Source: Camelus dromedarius | Lineage: Eukaryota | Direction: 5' to 3' | DNA: 64,000 nucleotides | Assembly: GCF_036321535.1 (NCBI RefSeq) | Contig: NC_087437.1 | Span: 117,492,001 to 117,556,000 of the forward strand | In this document: piece after piece, positions 62,954 through 64,000 of the stretch | How the letters are laid out: every line of letters starts with the position of its first letter | How positions within the stretch are numbered: position 1 is the first letter of the stretch | The notes under the pieces: model-generated | Seen by the model: only the letters and a program-made list of their open reading frames with translations | What the model was told of the DNA's origin: nothing | Database searches by the model: none | Made by a program: the position numbers and the translations under genes

Positions 62954-64000
62954 CTCTAGGGCAAGCCCTGTGTCATGCAGGAGGAGCCTGGAGTCGGGGT
63001 CAGGCCGAGTGGTGGCCAAGGCAGGACGAGATCCCTTGTGTTCGATGCCTCTGCAGCCCGGCTTTCCCCTGTCATCCGTAGATACTTCAGAGCAAGTCTT
63101 CATGCTCCGTGCCTTGTATGAGATGAAATTATCAGCTGTTACAGAAGACGCTACCTTCTGCTACGCTAAGGCATGAAATTTCTTTCAGATAAAAATCGAT
63201 CCACTCTAGTGAAAATTCAGCGTGCCTTTTCTGAAGGTATAAAAGTTAATAGGAGGGAAAAAATCCAAGGTGCTAGGAGGTAAAGCTTCTCTTTATCTAA
63301 TTCTAGATATTAGAGGATATTCATTTTTTGAGCAGAAGTCCGAGGTTATTTGGTAGTTATAGAATCATGGGGCTATGTAAACTCAAATTGTTACTAACAT
63401 GTTCTACCTTCATTTCAGAAAAAAGTGCTCATTTTGATATCTGTACAGGATATTTTATTATAATACTAAGCTTGTGCTTTTGCCTCTAAAAACAGACAAA
63501 GATGAAAGTCAATAAAAACTCAACAAAAATTGGGGGAAAGATTTCTAGGTATGGTCTAAAAGACAGTTTTCTAAAAAATCTGAAGTTGCTTAATTCTTTA
63601 TTCTTAAATTTGTTATATGAAAAGACCATCTTGGAATTTCTATTTTAACCTAAGATTGCATTCCCCTGAAATTCAAATTATGTAACTCCGCCATCGCAGG
63701 TGTCTAGAGAGACCTTTTATCTTAATGTATATTTCCTATTAATACAAATGAAGCTGCCTACATAGGGTGAAGGAAGAGGGACCCATGAGACTAGAAATAC
63801 GAAGCAGAGATGATCAAAATGTTATGAGATTTAGATAGCAGTCAATTAATCATAAAGTGAATATTGCCACATTTCATTAGCTGACTAGAAGTCAGAATGT
63901 CCTTATTTTAACTAGTATAAATTGAGTCAAGGTCTTCATTTAACAAAAAACAATGAAGACAAAGGGAGTTAATTACGGGTGCCTTGAAATTCTACTTTGG

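Overview
This window is mammalian non-coding DNA (intergenic or deep intronic), most likely from a camelid. That assignment rests on five tRNA-derived SINEs resembling the Vic-1 family and on short, young L1 3' ends. I found no intact protein-coding gene, rRNA, true tRNA or CRISPR array, and the six-frame ORFs look like chance ORFs. The one clear gene-derived sequence is a full-length, intronless processed pseudogene of RPLP1 (22821-23165), with the ATG changed to ACG and a premature TAG. The rest is a typical eutherian repeat mosaic: MaLR/ERVL/ERV1 solo LTRs, L1, L2, MIR, and Tigger1-, MER2-, Charlie1- and MER91-type DNA transposons. Between the repeats are AT-rich, repeat-poor blocks that look like conserved enhancers, several CTCF-like motifs and small tandem or inverted repeats. 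I see no evidence for a novel biological system; the findings are mostly modest structural and regulatory observations. All repeat family names come from remembered consensus features rather than a database search, and boundaries of old elements are approximate.
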